Below, piece after piece: positions 1 through 12,156 of a stretch of 64,000 bases of DNA. The notes under the pieces were generated by a model. It saw only the letters and a list, made by a program, of their open reading frames with translations, was not told where the DNA came from and did not search any database. Origin of the DNA: Stylophora pistillata (Eukaryota); the NCBI RefSeq assembly GCF_002571385.2, contig NW_019218320.1, forward strand, positions 111,199 to 175,198, written 5' to 3'. The translations under genes and the position numbers were made by a program. Numbering within the stretch: the first letter of the stretch is position 1; every line of letters starts with the position of its first letter.

Positions 1-184
1 AAGGAAAGACCGCAGATTGCCATATGTTGCTTAGAATGATTAGGTAAATTAAAATGTCTAGCGACTGGTTTTGATGTGTCCTTGTCATTCCTTTCCACGT
101 CTCGAAGGTGTTCTCGGAATCGGTCACCTAGTCTTCTGCCTGTTTCGCTGATGCATATCTTTTTGCAATAAGTTCAGGTTATGC

Positions 185-292
185 AATAGATTACATTTTT
201 ATTACAATAGATTATTATTTATTAGATTATTTATTACATTATTATTACAATAGATTATTTATTACATCATTATTACAATAGATTACTTTTTA
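185..292. repeat. AT-rich degenerate minisatellite (about 29-bp unit ATTATTACAATAGATTATTTATTAC-like)
   Basis: CAATAGATTA and TTATTACA motifs recur 3-4 times in tandem. Confidence 0.6.
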
Positions 293-612
293 TTTAGGTC
301 ATCATCATCATCTAGTAATTTTCTGTAATTGGTGGTAGTTAGGATAATTACTTTTGGCCTATTTTTGCAACTTTATTAAACAAAAAAACAGTCGACAGAG
401 CACGACTGATCACTAAAATAGATATGTTTATGTTAAAATCTATTAGTACAGTCATGTAAGTAATATTAATAATATATGATTGTGTGGTTTGACCCAGTCT
501 TAATTTAAGAAAAAGTGCTCGTTGATGAATAGAAAGTTATAAAATTAGTTCTCAACTTAAATTAAAATGATGTAAACTGGGAGAAGTTGTTCATGAATGC
601 ATAGTGTGGGTG

Positions 613-674
613 CACACACATACACACACATACACACACACACACTCACACACACATACACACACACTCACACA
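613..674 (+). repeat. Interrupted (CA)n microsatellite
   Basis: Directly visible; it explains the spurious HTHT run in ORF 604..834. Confidence 0.95.
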
Positions 675-707
675 TATATTTATTCATTTTCAATGTTCTG
701 ATTTCAG

Positions 708-3700
708 GAATGTAACCCTTTGGTTATTTTACATCTTGGTTATCTTGATTATCCATCATATGTGGCAACTGTCAAATTTCACGGCCTCCAATTTCCTACA
801 GGAATCGATATTAGAGACATTGATTTTGTGGTAAGCTCTTTCAAGGCCCTTGAACATTAAATTGTGAGTTGTTGCTCAGAGTGTGTATTTTATGATCTGT
901 TGATGTAAATGTGTTAGGAGTGAGAGAAAAAAAGTAATTTGAAGCTCATGTTGGAAAATGTAATTTGCATCACCAGAAGAGTTATTTGATTCAGCACTAT
1001 TTTCTTAGCGCTAATTATTATACTTGTATGGTAAACAGTAAGGAGAAATTTCCTACAATTGGGATCCTACATGTAAGACTGTCAGGGTTAAACTTGGTAG
1101 AATGTGATAGTCTCATGACAAGTTCTTTTGTTATAATGAGTTGGAGTTAAACAGTGGTGCATAAAATTACCTCCAATTTTAAAGAAGCCACTGACAGAAG
1201 TTTTAGTTTGCTTTTATAGATAAACATCAAAATGGAAATTATGAACAAAAAATGGAATGAGGAGTAATGATAACGGAAAAGATAGTCATATTTTGTAATT
1301 TCTGAGAGATAATCACAAATGATAATAGCCTCAACCCATTGCTTGTAAAATATTTCAAAAGTGCAACATGATAATCACTGACTGTATGCTTTGATTGCAG
1401 TTGAAACATTACAGTGCTGATTTCAGTCAGGTTGAAATCTGGTTCAGATTTGTATTCCTTGTACTTACATTCATGGTTACGGTAAGTGACTGGTCTGAAG
1501 TGCTGTTGACTTGTCTTCAAATAGAAAAGTGATCCTAAAGATGAACTGCAATAAAAAACAATGCAGAAAAAGAGAAGCTTGGAAAATTTAATTCTTTAGG
1601 GACATTATTAGTAAGGTACAATTATCATTTGAGCTACAGATCGAGCCATACGCTGGGGGCTCTATGTTTCCTGCTAAGAAATCCAACTACAAATAATTGA
1701 AATAATGTTTTGACTTGTGGGAAATAACTAAATAGAACTGATGCTCACAGGTAAACTGCAAATATTGAAGACAGAGAGGAATACTGAAAAAGTTCTGGTC
1801 CCAATTAAGGGTGTGGAATCTGTGCTTCCCAAATTTTATTTGGGTGCTTTGGCTGACTGAGCTATCAATTGAAACCACATGTTGCACACTTGTTTGTGGT
1901 AAAATCACCATAGCTATGGTTATCAATGAAACAAAAATGTTCAGGCCTTAATAAATATCCATTAATCACCACATAAATTTCTTTTTTATTGATATGACCA
2001 AAATAACCCCTTGGCCTTTTTTTCAAAACAAGGCCTGGTGCTCAACCATTCTTGTGGAAATAAGTTTAATTTGCATGTGGATGAAAACTTATTATTGTAT
2101 GAATAGATGAGCACCAGGAGGACTCGTTTTGAAAATGAGGCCAAGGGTAATTCAGAAATGGGCTATTGAATTGCAACTCTTTCGGTTTCAGTGTATGTTT
2201 GCTCATTCATTGAGAAGATTTCCATTACGGGAGTGGTCCATAGAACAGAAGTAAGGAATTTGGATCACATTTTACATGTACATTAAACATACTTTGAAAA
2301 AAGCATCTCAATGCAGCAGTAATTGTGAACTTTTAATACTGATTTTTTTTTATGTGTATCATATCAATTGCATTTTCAGTCAAACTTGAGACAATTTTTT
2401 TTCTGTTTGGTAAATGGAATTTTTTTTGGCTGCCAGCTAAATGTTGATCAAGGAAAGAATCAATAAGCCAAGTTTAATTGGTAACTCACAAGCTTTTTCC
2501 ACCAACAATTATATAATATCTTGGTAATATTGTTTAAATATAGCCTCTGTGTAGTGTTGACATGTGGCTGAAATGTGCCCTTAAATTAATTACAACTCCT
2601 GACGTTCACAGATAACAAGTTCCAAGCATCTGTTCATCCATGCTTGAACTCTCTTTGTCCTGTGTTGGAACATAGCTTTGGAGTGAATAGATTTCCACTT
2701 GTTGTTGAGTTGATGTTGATGGAGTGATTGTCATAAACTTCTTCAAAGCTATTCTGGAGATAATCAGGATAAAAATGATATTTTTATAGACAAAATGTTT
2801 CTGCAAAAAATGTGACAGTCACACATACAATTATGTGTCTCTGAATTAAATTTGAAATTAATTTTTCTCTGTACAGATGGATGTCACTTCTTCTTCCACT
2901 GCTGTTGCTGTACAATGGTAAATGATTTCCCTGACCGGTAACCCTTACACTGCCAGGAGTGATTAATATTAAGTAATTGTGCCAGACAATACTGAGTATA
3001 AAAACTCTGTCAAACAAATATCTTTAATACGTATGATGCACGATCCTTGCAGTAGAGAGCGCTATTTATGCAATAGCGAAAATCAAACCTGAAAAAAATC
3101 AGGCCTGTATGGGATTCGAACCACTGACCTCTGCGATACTGGTGCAGCGCTCTACCAATTGAGCTAACAAGCCAACTGGGAGCAGGCCGTTAAGTTGATT
3201 CGTAATAAACCCGTGATGATAAATCAGATACGATGAATATATGAAGTTCATATATTCGTATAAATATGTTTAATCCATATTTAGAAACGTATGGCGGACA
3301 GTTAGCAGAACTGACAGATTTAGAGCTCTCAGGTTGAAATTTTTGAGGGAGTATCTTAGTTCAACTGATGCAAAAAACTTTTCCTCCATAGTGTTGATAT
3401 ATTATTTTGGCTGATAACAGAGTTCTGTAATGAGGTTGAATGACTTAATTGGTGAGCTGTTAGGAGTACATTAAATTCGTTTTTCTTTTTAACATTTCAG
3501 CTCTTGTCAGAAATTTTTCTAAACAAACCATAGGCACACATTTTGTCTTGTTGAAAACAGAAGGAGTTATGTTCCTCACCTTAAAAACTATGCTTAACCT
3601 TAAACAAAGAGTGATGCAACTAATCAATCAGCTGGAAACTCTGCTCAGCTCTTAAATTTTGCTTATTGTTTACATGCATAATTGTAAATGTTTTTTTCAA

Positions 3701-6700
3701 TAGACCCATTATTTCCTCTCAACTTCCTGGTGAACAGTTGGGTTCCTGGAATGTTTGATTCAGTGTTCCAGGCATCATTTCTCTGTGGCCTTTTGCTCTT
3801 CTGGCTTTGCGCCTTCCATGGCATCAGACAGGTTTTTTAAAATTTTCTTATTTTCATTATCAGTATGGGAGATATTGATGATTTTTTTTTTATGGAAACT
3901 TTTGAGTATTCCGGCCACTATCAAATATTAGTGCCGTAGCTTCAAAGTTTTTTGTCCTGGTTAAAAGAAAACCCTTAATTTCCCTTGATAAGTTCTTAAA
4001 ATCAGTTTTAGCAGTGGTGTTACTTTCAGTGAGTAAATCACATACTCTTTTTTGAGCAAGGCAAGTACAAAAGTTGGCTCCCTTAAAGTTTTGTCTTAAT
4101 TCCTTCTCTTAGATGCTTCCCTTTCTCTCATAAGGAATGCCAGTGATTGTCAGTTGTAATAGACAGCTGGCAGATTTCAGTTCATTGTTAAGACCCAGTT
4201 TTTGAAGACCGTATTTGCCTTTCTGGACTTGACTGGACTGAAAAGACAGTATGCTTGAGGCTTTGCCCAATTGGCTAGTGTGTATATAAGTAAAATTGCT
4301 CCTCCACTTGATCAAGAGCAGTATCCAGTCCAGCTATGAATCTAGGGTAATTGCATTTGTGGTCAAATAGCGCTTATAAGTGAATCATATTAAACAAATT
4401 ACTGAAAAGGTTTTTCTTTTTTCGTAAATAAAAACAGAGCGAAAGAAGATTAAGTTTCTATCTCCCCAAAGTTCTCATTGTTGGCCTGCTATGGATTGCA
4501 TCATTCACACTGTCATCATGGCAACAGTAAGTTTTCCTTTGAAAGTGTGTACACTGTCAGGAAAAAATACCTCAACTGACAATGTGATGGGTTGCCAGCA
4601 ACTCCTTTCAAATTGTTTTGGATTCTCCTGTGAAAGACAGGGGGAAGTTGATGTTGGACCAAAAGTTGTCAAAAGCTTTATTCTACACAAATCTTCAGTT
4701 GTTAAGTTAAAAAAAAAAAAACAATCTTTTTCCCTCGTTGACCCTTTTTGTTGATTTTTGGTTAACTGGTTCTGTGGTTGTGTTAGCAATCATCTCAGAG
4801 AGTACGTTATCAGTAGCAGGGTTGCAAATCCGGGCTGTGCTAATTGAAGGAACCTGCATGCTGCTTTTAAAAGCTTTTGAGAAAAAAAGTAAAGTAAACA
4901 GTGTGACAGAGGGCCGTACCGCATCCAATTATTTATAGTCCACTTTGAACTACAGTCATGGTTGACTTCTTTAGGGAGGGGGAGGTGATCTGATGAAAGA
5001 TTCTTCTTTTTTTAAAGATATAATGAGTTACAAGATCCCACATACCAGTACAAGATAGATATTGGCCATTTTATGGTAAGAAAGTACAGGATACGTATGA
5101 TCCTCAAATAGCGCTATCTACTGCGAGGATCGTCCATCATACGTATCAAATACCGCAGTTCAAAATATATGATTTTCATATATTTATTCTATCTCATTTA
5201 TCACTTTCACGGGTTCATTACGAATCAACTTAACGGCCTGCTCTCAGTTGGCTTGTTAGCTCAATTGGTTAGAGCGCTGCACTAGTATCGCAGAGGTCAG
5301 TGGTTCGAGTCCCGTACAGGCCTGATTTTTTTCAGGTCTGAATTTCGCTATTGCTCAAATAGCGCTATCTACTGCGAGGATCGTCCATCATACGTATCAA
5401 ATACCGCAGTTCAAAATATATGATTTTCATATATTTATTCTATCTCATTTATCACTTTCACGGGTTCATTACGAATCAACTTAACGGCCTGCTCTCAGTT
5501 GGCTTGTTAGCTCAATTGGTTAGAGCGCTGCACTAGTATCGCAGAGGTCAGTGGTTCGAGTCCCGTACAGGCCTGATTTTTTTCAGGTCTGAATTTCGCT
5601 ATTGCTCAAATAGCGCTATCTACTGCGAGGATCGTCCATCATACGTATCAAATACCGCAGTTCAAAATATATGATTTTCATATATTTATTCTATCTCATT
5701 TATCACTTTCACGGGTTCATTACGAATCAACTTAACGGCCTGCTCTCAGTTGGCTTGTTAGCTCAATTGGTTAGAGCGCTGCACTAGTATCGCAGAGGTC
5801 AGTGGTTCGAGTCCCGTACAGGCCTGATTTTTTTCAGGTCTGAATTTCGCTATTGCTCAAATAGCGCTATCTACTGCGAGGATCGTCCATCATACGTATC
5901 AAATACCGCAGTTCAAAATATATGATTTTCATATATTTATTCTATCTCATTTATCACTTTCACGGGTTCATTACGAATCAACTTAACGGCCTGCTCTCAG
6001 TTGGCTTGTTAGCTCAATTGGTTAGAGCGCTGCACTAGTATCGCAGAGGTCAGTGGTTCGAGTCCCGTACAGGCCTGATTTTTTTCAGGTCTGAATTTCG
6101 CTATTGCTCAAATAGCGCTATCTACTGCGAGGATCGTCCATCATACGTATCAAATACCGCAGTTCAAAATATATGATTTTCATATATTTATTCTATCTCA
6201 TTTATCACTTTCACGGGTTCATTACGAATCAACTTAACGGCCTGCTCTCAGTTGGCTTGTTAGCTCAATTGGTTAGAGCGCTGCACTAGTATCGCAGAGG
6301 TCAGTGGTTCGAGTCCCGTACAGGCCTGATTTTTTTCAGGTCTGAATTTCGCTATTGCTCAAATAGCGCTATCTACTGCGAGGATCGTCCATCATACGTA
6401 TCAAATACCGCAGTTCAAAATATATGATTTTCATATATTTATTCTATCTCATTTATCACTTTCACGGGTTCATTACGAATCAACTTAACGGCCTGCTCTC
6501 AGTTGGCTTGTTAGCTCAATTGGTTAGAGCGCTGCACTAGTATCGCAGAGGTCAGTGGTTCGAGTCCCGTACAGGCCTGATTTTTTTCAGGTCTGAATTT
6601 CGCTATTGCTCAAATAGCGCTATCTACTGCGAGGATCGTCCATCATACGTATCAAATACCGCAGTTCAAAATATATGATTTTCATATATTTATTCTATCT

Positions 6701-9700
6701 AAAGTACAGGATGTTGGAATAAAATTATAATATAACAGTAGTTATGTCATAATCAGGGAAAGTTTGTAATTGGCTATCTATGTTTACCATCTCATTCCTT
6801 TTTTTTTTTCCTTACACTGTGGGTTCTCATCCATTAACCACCATTTATTACACAACTCGGGCAGTCAGAGGGCCAATAACTAAAATCAACCAATCAAAAT
6901 GCTCTATTGCCGGTCAATATTCTCTCAGTATTGGACCGGGCACTGTCCCGAATGGTCCCAAATGATACTGCACTTGTGTCCCTTTGAACTTCAGTCAACA
7001 TAATAAATCTCTTATTAACCAAACTTGCTCGGGACCGTACTGGAAAAATATCGGCCCTCGGTCTTTTTTGTACGGACCTTGCTGCACTCGGTCTGTACTG
7101 TCAAGACCTCGGGCCGATATTCTCCCAGTATGGCCCTCACGCTTGGTTAATAAGATATATGTACATGTAGCATTAAAATATAGCAGGTTTCAATTTTTAT
7201 GGATTTTGCAGAATGTCCTCAATCTGCAAGAATAAGCACCCACAAACAAATGTCGGATATATCCACAGTGGAATTAAAAACTCTGTACCCCAATTTCTTG
7301 TCTTAAATCCTTGGTTTGTAATGATTTTTTAATTTTGTGATCATTTTTCATAGGGTCTTAAGGTGATGTTCTTCACTATTGGTGCCATTTACTTGGTGTA
7401 CTTGATCTACCTGTTATTCAGGGCATACAGTGAGCTCAGAGCCATGCCTTACTTTGGTAAGTTTAATGAATGTGTGAAAAGAAAAAAAATGTCATATATT
7501 AAAATTTCCTTTACAGAATCTTCAGTTAACACTTTTACGACAGTTGCTTTCATATCCGAGTCAAAGTGTCTATGAGACGAAATTTTTACTCTGGCTTTCG
7601 GTAACTAGATAGGTAAGATGAATGGCTTGAGGGTTAAAATATGACAAAATTCCTGTAGACATCTTCTTTTTTCTGTTTGAACTTTGTGCAAATGTGGCGT
7701 GAAATTTTCCCCTTGACTGTGCAGCCAACAATTCAGGTTACCTGAGGCTGTGACCTCAGCTTGTGATACTCTCATTGAGAACATGGCAGAAAAGAAGAAG
7801 CCAGAGGGGAAAGGTGGACACTATTGGGTTGCTGGAACACCCAACAATCAAAATTGTATGAATGCTAGCAACATAACAGGCATCTTGATCAACAATCTTA
7901 TGTTAATTTTGCCTGATTAGTTCTTATTTGTCTTTTTTACCTTTATTTTCCCCATGGTGACATTATTGGAATTATTCATGTTGTTGGGGTAATTCTGTAC
8001 TCCAAAGGCTGATAAAGATTCAGTTTTTTCAATATTGCTGTTATTTACTAAGAAATAATCAAGTGGGTATCAATACTGTTATAATTGGTAAATCCTAGCT
8101 TGGATGTGACCTCGTGTGACAGTAAATTTCAGCTCTCCACTTGTCAACTTACTAGAAATTTGCCAAAATTAACTTGTCTGTTTGTTTTCTCACTTTGTGT
8201 TCACAGATGTTCGCCTAAAGTTCCTCACAGGTCTTATGCTGATTGTCTTGACAATAAGGTATGCAGGATAAATATATCCTATTAACCAAGCACAAGGGCC
8301 ATACTGGGAGAATATCGGCCCGAGGTCTTGACAGTACGGACTGAGCGTAGCAAGGTCCATACAGAAAAGACCGAGGGCCAATATTCTTCCAGTACGGTCC
8401 CAAGCAAGCTTGGTTAATAAGAGATTTATTATATGACTGAAGTTCAAAGGGACACAAGTGCGGTATCATTTGGGACCATTCGGGACAGTGCCCGGTCCAA
8501 TACTTAGAGAATATTGGACCGGCAATAGAGCATTTTGATTGCTTGATTTTAGTTATTGGCCCTCTGACTGCCTGAGTCATGTAATAATCTTTGTTATAAG
8601 TTAAAATAATGACTTACTATCATGATATGTGCAAGTAATGGTAATCAATCAATTTTGGGTGCTCTTTGGAACAAATGTACGTAGGGAGCAGCAAACTTTT
8701 CCAAGACCTAGGCAAATAAAGTGGGTGTAAGACATATTGTCTGAACAATTTATGAGTGCCTATGCAATATACATCACAGGAGCAATCATTTTGATTATAT
8801 TCACAAAATGATTGCATGTTTATGTCAACTTTCTGTTTACAATTTCAATCTTTCAGGGTTTGCCGTTGATTGGCATGTTCTCATCCAATGCACATGCCTA
8901 TTTTTCTGCATGTTAATTATTATTTGGGTTTCTTTTAATTAACATTTACAGCCTGACATCAGCAGGTATACTCTCCATACTGTTTTCTTTACATTTCTTT
9001 GGGTGCAAACAAGGAGAATTTGTTAAAATAGTTTTGTTGAAACTGAATAAGAGCTTGTCTAGTTGGTGATCATTTCCTTGATTCTCATGACCTTAACGTG
9101 TGATTTAGGGGTGATATTGTAAGGAGAAATTAGGTGCTAATCACTCTTAAGGGTCAAAGGGTTAATTAACTCTTTGATTTCATTTCAGTCTGGTAATCAC
9201 AGGCCTTCGGTTTGGGACTGGAGTGTTGCAGGACAATTTTGTGGCAGAACTGGAAACACACTATGATAATTATATCCTTTTATTCAAGCAATCATTAATA
9301 ACAAATTAAAAGAAATTTCCCTTTCTGGCTAACAAATGTTTATTAAGAGTTTGCTCTAACCCTTTCAATCCAAGGATCTATCGATAAATTTTTTTTCTGT
9401 AGCAAATCAGTTAGGTGTGAGGCTTATAGATGATGAGAATATTGAAAAACTACTGTAACAGTAATGGGTCCATTCTTATTGGTAATCAAATAACACTGAA
9501 TACGATAGCTTAGATCAAAACTTGCCAAAACTGCAGTTATTTTTCAAATTTTTTTTGCTTTCTAAGGATACTAAGTGTATTCCTTAACACTGAATACCTG
9601 CCGAATTCCTGACATTTTTTGGATTACTCAACTTCTATTTGTACACCATGGCATTTGTGTATTCACCATCTAAGAATGCTCTTTATGGTAAGACAGCACT

Positions 9701-10476
9701 TGAACCCACCCCCCCCCTTCCTGTCAAAAATGTCAGGATCTGCTCCATGCTGTACTCCCACGTTTTGTGTAATTTTCCTCATTTGTAGACGCCGGCGAAA
9801 TATTACCACACGGCTTCCTGGATTTTTTTAATTTCCCGTAAATAACCTAAAAAGGCCATTACACCGTGTTAACTCCTTTAATATACAGACATTTTCATTT
9901 CGTTTTCCTCCTTTCTGTTTGCTAACTTCACGGTTTCCTTTTATTTAAATGCAGTTTTCCAGGGCCCGAGAATAAGCTCAAAATATCTTTCCCGCTATGT
10001 TTGGGCTTAAAAAAATTCGCGCCATTTGATCAACCAATCAGATGCAAAACTTAAGCCGATCACGACTTGGTCACTATCGTTTTCCCGCGCTTTTTCTGCT
10101 CCCGTGTTTTTGCCTCGAGTTCTCATTGGCCCCTTGTTATATTACCTTTGTTCTGACTGGTTTTTCTGATATTACCTTTGTTCTAATTGGTTGTTGTAGA
10201 ATCCTATTTCCGTGATCAGTCCACATTTTCGATGTTGAACGAGTCTGAAGATGAAGACGCCATGATATACAAGTAAGTAGTTAAATTTCTCTATAAGTTA
10301 ACAATATCCTTCTTCTCGTAAACTTATCCTCGTCTAACCATTTATGCGAGGAAAAATCTCACTCCCGCTGCTTCTTTTAATCAAAGAAGAGGTTCCCCTG
10401 GTTTAGTGGAAGGGGGCGCTTTTTGTCATCGAACAATTTAGTGTCGAATATATATATCTTATTAGACGTTTTGTTG

Positions 10477-10526
<50 letters not shown>

Positions 10527-11219
10527 TCAGGGCGAGTCAAAATACAAACAACGAGTAAAAATAATCAGTAATAATACACAACAAAACGTTAAATAAGACA
10601 TGAGATTTATTATCAAACACGCGTTATTTCATTGCGGGCGAATTTCGCGCATATTTTTTTTGTGATATTTGTACTCGTCTCGCGCGTTATTTGTACTCTA
10701 CGAAGCACATTTGGATAATAAAATTAGGGATCAGTATAAGTTGGAATAAGCGTTAGACTGGAAGTGTGTTTAGTACGGTTTTCTTAATGGTGAAGAATTG
10801 ATCAGACATGTTTTCTATAAATATCGGAGGCGAAATTTTTATTTTTGAACTAATCAAATGTACACTTACTTTTTCACCTGTATAAATTTTGAAATTGAAT
10901 CTTTAGAGAGTGCATTGAAGGTTTTTGACATTTGGAATACATATTTAAATGTTTCAATCAACCTTGGAGGTCACTGCTGAATGAAGCGTAACAGTATTTT
11001 TATATTGTCTTTGGTTTCGATGGTACACTTTGTTCTGACACGTCCCAAGCTCTCATTTAGAAGCTAATATTGTATTATTCGCATGTGACTTTCGCCAGAT
11101 TTAAATCTGACGCGAATGTTTGATTGATACGACGCATCATTTACTCAAGTCGTATTTCTGTTCTTTTCAGCTCTCAGCGGGAAAAAGGCACTTTTAGCAG
11201 CAGCGAAGAAGAAACTTAG
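708..11219 (+). CDS. TMEM181: Transmembrane protein 181 (TMEM181/GPR178, Wntless-like fold), 3' part; 5' exons lie upstream of the window
   Basis: Exons assembled by hand with consistent phase: 708-830, 1401-1481, 2192-2250, 2877-2917, 3704-3831, 4438-4526, 5018-5075, 7354-7456, 8207-8258, 9189-9271, 9598-9687, 10200-10272, 11171-11219 (TAG). Translation includes HLGYLDY, EIWFRFVFLVLTF, WSIEQKWMSLLLPLLLLYNDP, FYLPK, ELRAMPY, LQDNFVAEL, AEFLTFFGLLNFYLYTMAFVYSPSKNALY and FSMLNESEDE, matching vertebrate TMEM181 as I recall it. Confidence 0.93.
3027..3257 (-). mobile_element. Diverged monomer of the 251-bp tRNA-like repeat family (tRNA-like part 3101-3173)
   Basis: The reverse complement reads GGCTTGTTAGCTCAATTGGTAGAGCGCTGCACCAGTATCGCAGAGGTCAGTGGTTCGAATCCCATACAGGCCTGATTTTTTTCAGG; flanks are homologous to the array unit at 5105-6700. 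Confidence 0.9.
5081..6712 (+). mobile_element. Tandem array (about 6.4 x 251 bp, apparently identical copies) of a tRNA-derived element with 12-bp TSD AAAGTACAGGAT
   Basis: tRNA-like heads start at 5250, 5501, 5752, 6003, 6254 and 6505 (exact 251-bp period). TSD copies at 5081-5092 and 6701-6712. The array begins and ends at different points in the unit. Confidence 0.93.
5250..5323 (+). tRNA. tRNA-like (pseudo-tRNA) head, first of six identical copies; anticodon position AGT, body resembles tRNA-Ile
   Basis: Acceptor stem GGCTTGT/ACAGGCC, D-arm GCTC/GAGC, A box TAGCTCAATTGG, B box GGTTCGAGTCC, T7 terminator 2 nt downstream. The T-stem has two mismatches (AGTGG/CCCGT) and the anticodon stem one A-C mismatch, so it is probably not a functional tRNA. 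Confidence 0.7.
6843..7160 (+). mobile_element. Non-autonomous double-hairpin repeat (about 317 bp), copy 1
   Basis: Close homologues at 8272-8588 (inverted) and 53485-53801. Internal inverted repeats TTATTACACAACT..AGTCAACATAATAA and TCTTATTAACCAA..TTGGTTAATAAGA. Confidence 0.85.
8272..8588 (-). mobile_element. Double-hairpin repeat, copy 2 (inverted)
   Basis: Reverse-complement homology to 6843-7160; it produces the same spurious peptide (ACLGPYWKNIGPRSFLYGPC). Confidence 0.85.
9272..9597 (+). other. U12-type (minor spliceosome) AT-AC intron of TMEM181
   Basis: 5' splice site ATATCCTTT at 9272; branch site TTCCTTAAC at 9580-9588; AC terminus at 9596-9597. Splicing restores the frame ..HYDN-S-AEFL.. 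Confidence 0.92.
10452..10722. mobile_element. Second family of double-hairpin element
   Basis: Long imperfect palindrome TCTTATT-AGACGTTTTGTTGTGT..ACACAACAAAACGTT-AAATAAGA, followed by a second inverted repeat TTTATTATC..GATAATAAA. Confidence 0.7.
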
Positions 11220-12156
11220 AGCATTACACTTCCCTCTCAGCGATGTAGGCTTAAAAACAACGCTCTTCTCTGAAGTTTTGTATTCTGAAAGTGCTAATTT
11301 TAGAAAAAAGAAAAAAAAAAAGTTATCATCTTTAAAATTGCCTAAGGTTTCCCCTTTGGATCAGATCTTCAAAAAACAGTCCCTTAAAATACATCAACTC
11401 GTTTGACGCGCTTTTTCCCTTTTGGTTTGTTCGTTTGTTTGTTGTTTTCCTTTTTATGAGCAGGATTTTACTCTAAATTACACTAGAGTAGAAAATCATG
11501 TTTATTTATGAAAATCTCACGTAACCCTTCATTTCTTGATTAGAGGAAAAAGAATTTAGAATGATGAAGTCGATAAACTTTACGTCATATGATATCAATA
11601 TTCCTTTCAAGCCCATAACAGCCACGCTCCCCTTTTCACCCCCCGACCTGCCTCCTGTTCTTTCCAGCCCACTCCTCCCTCAACTAAGTCTTGCTGAAAG
11701 GAAGGTGTATGATCTTCAGCGTAGCTTTCTTATCAGAAAAGAAAAATATTGATGATTAAATAGAATTGGTGTGGATGACAAATAACTTCTAACTCTGACA
11801 TTAACAGTTGGAAGAATATTTTGAAAACATTAGTTTCACTGTAGCCCGGCTTCTTCTTACGATGAGTTACAAAGTACAGAACTTTTTCCGTGTAGTTATG
11901 TAGAATATTTAAGGTAACGGTGCGTGCAGAGGTTCCTTCGATCTTCCTAGAAATGTCTCTTCCTCTGCGCGCAGGGTACTTTAAGGTAACCCCTTGTTGA
12001 ATATGTGGTGATCATAGGTTAGTAGAGGGAGCAAAGGGTTGGCAAAGACTGTGTGCACGGTCACGCATGGATGAGGGTACGTTCAAGTTCATCCAACAAA
12101 CAATAGGAGCGCTCTTTGAAGTTCGCCTCGCTTCCTAACCAGCTCCCTCTACTAAC

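Noticed and set aside
5330-5385. Hammerhead ribozyme in the 251-bp unit (minus-strand stem GCTATT/AATAGC followed by GAAA)
   Set aside because: No CUGANGA box precedes the stem on either strand, so I cannot support a known ribozyme here.
5105-6700. CRISPR array or functional tRNA gene cluster
   Set aside because: The units are identical along their whole length (no unique spacers) in a eukaryotic intron; T-stem and anticodon-stem mismatches plus the TSD point to a tRNA-derived mobile repeat.
6780-8580. Similar short ORFs (GPYWKNIGPRSFLYGP) here and at 53541-53843, suggesting a peptide family
   Set aside because: They are translations of the same non-coding hairpin repeat, with stop codons differing between copies.
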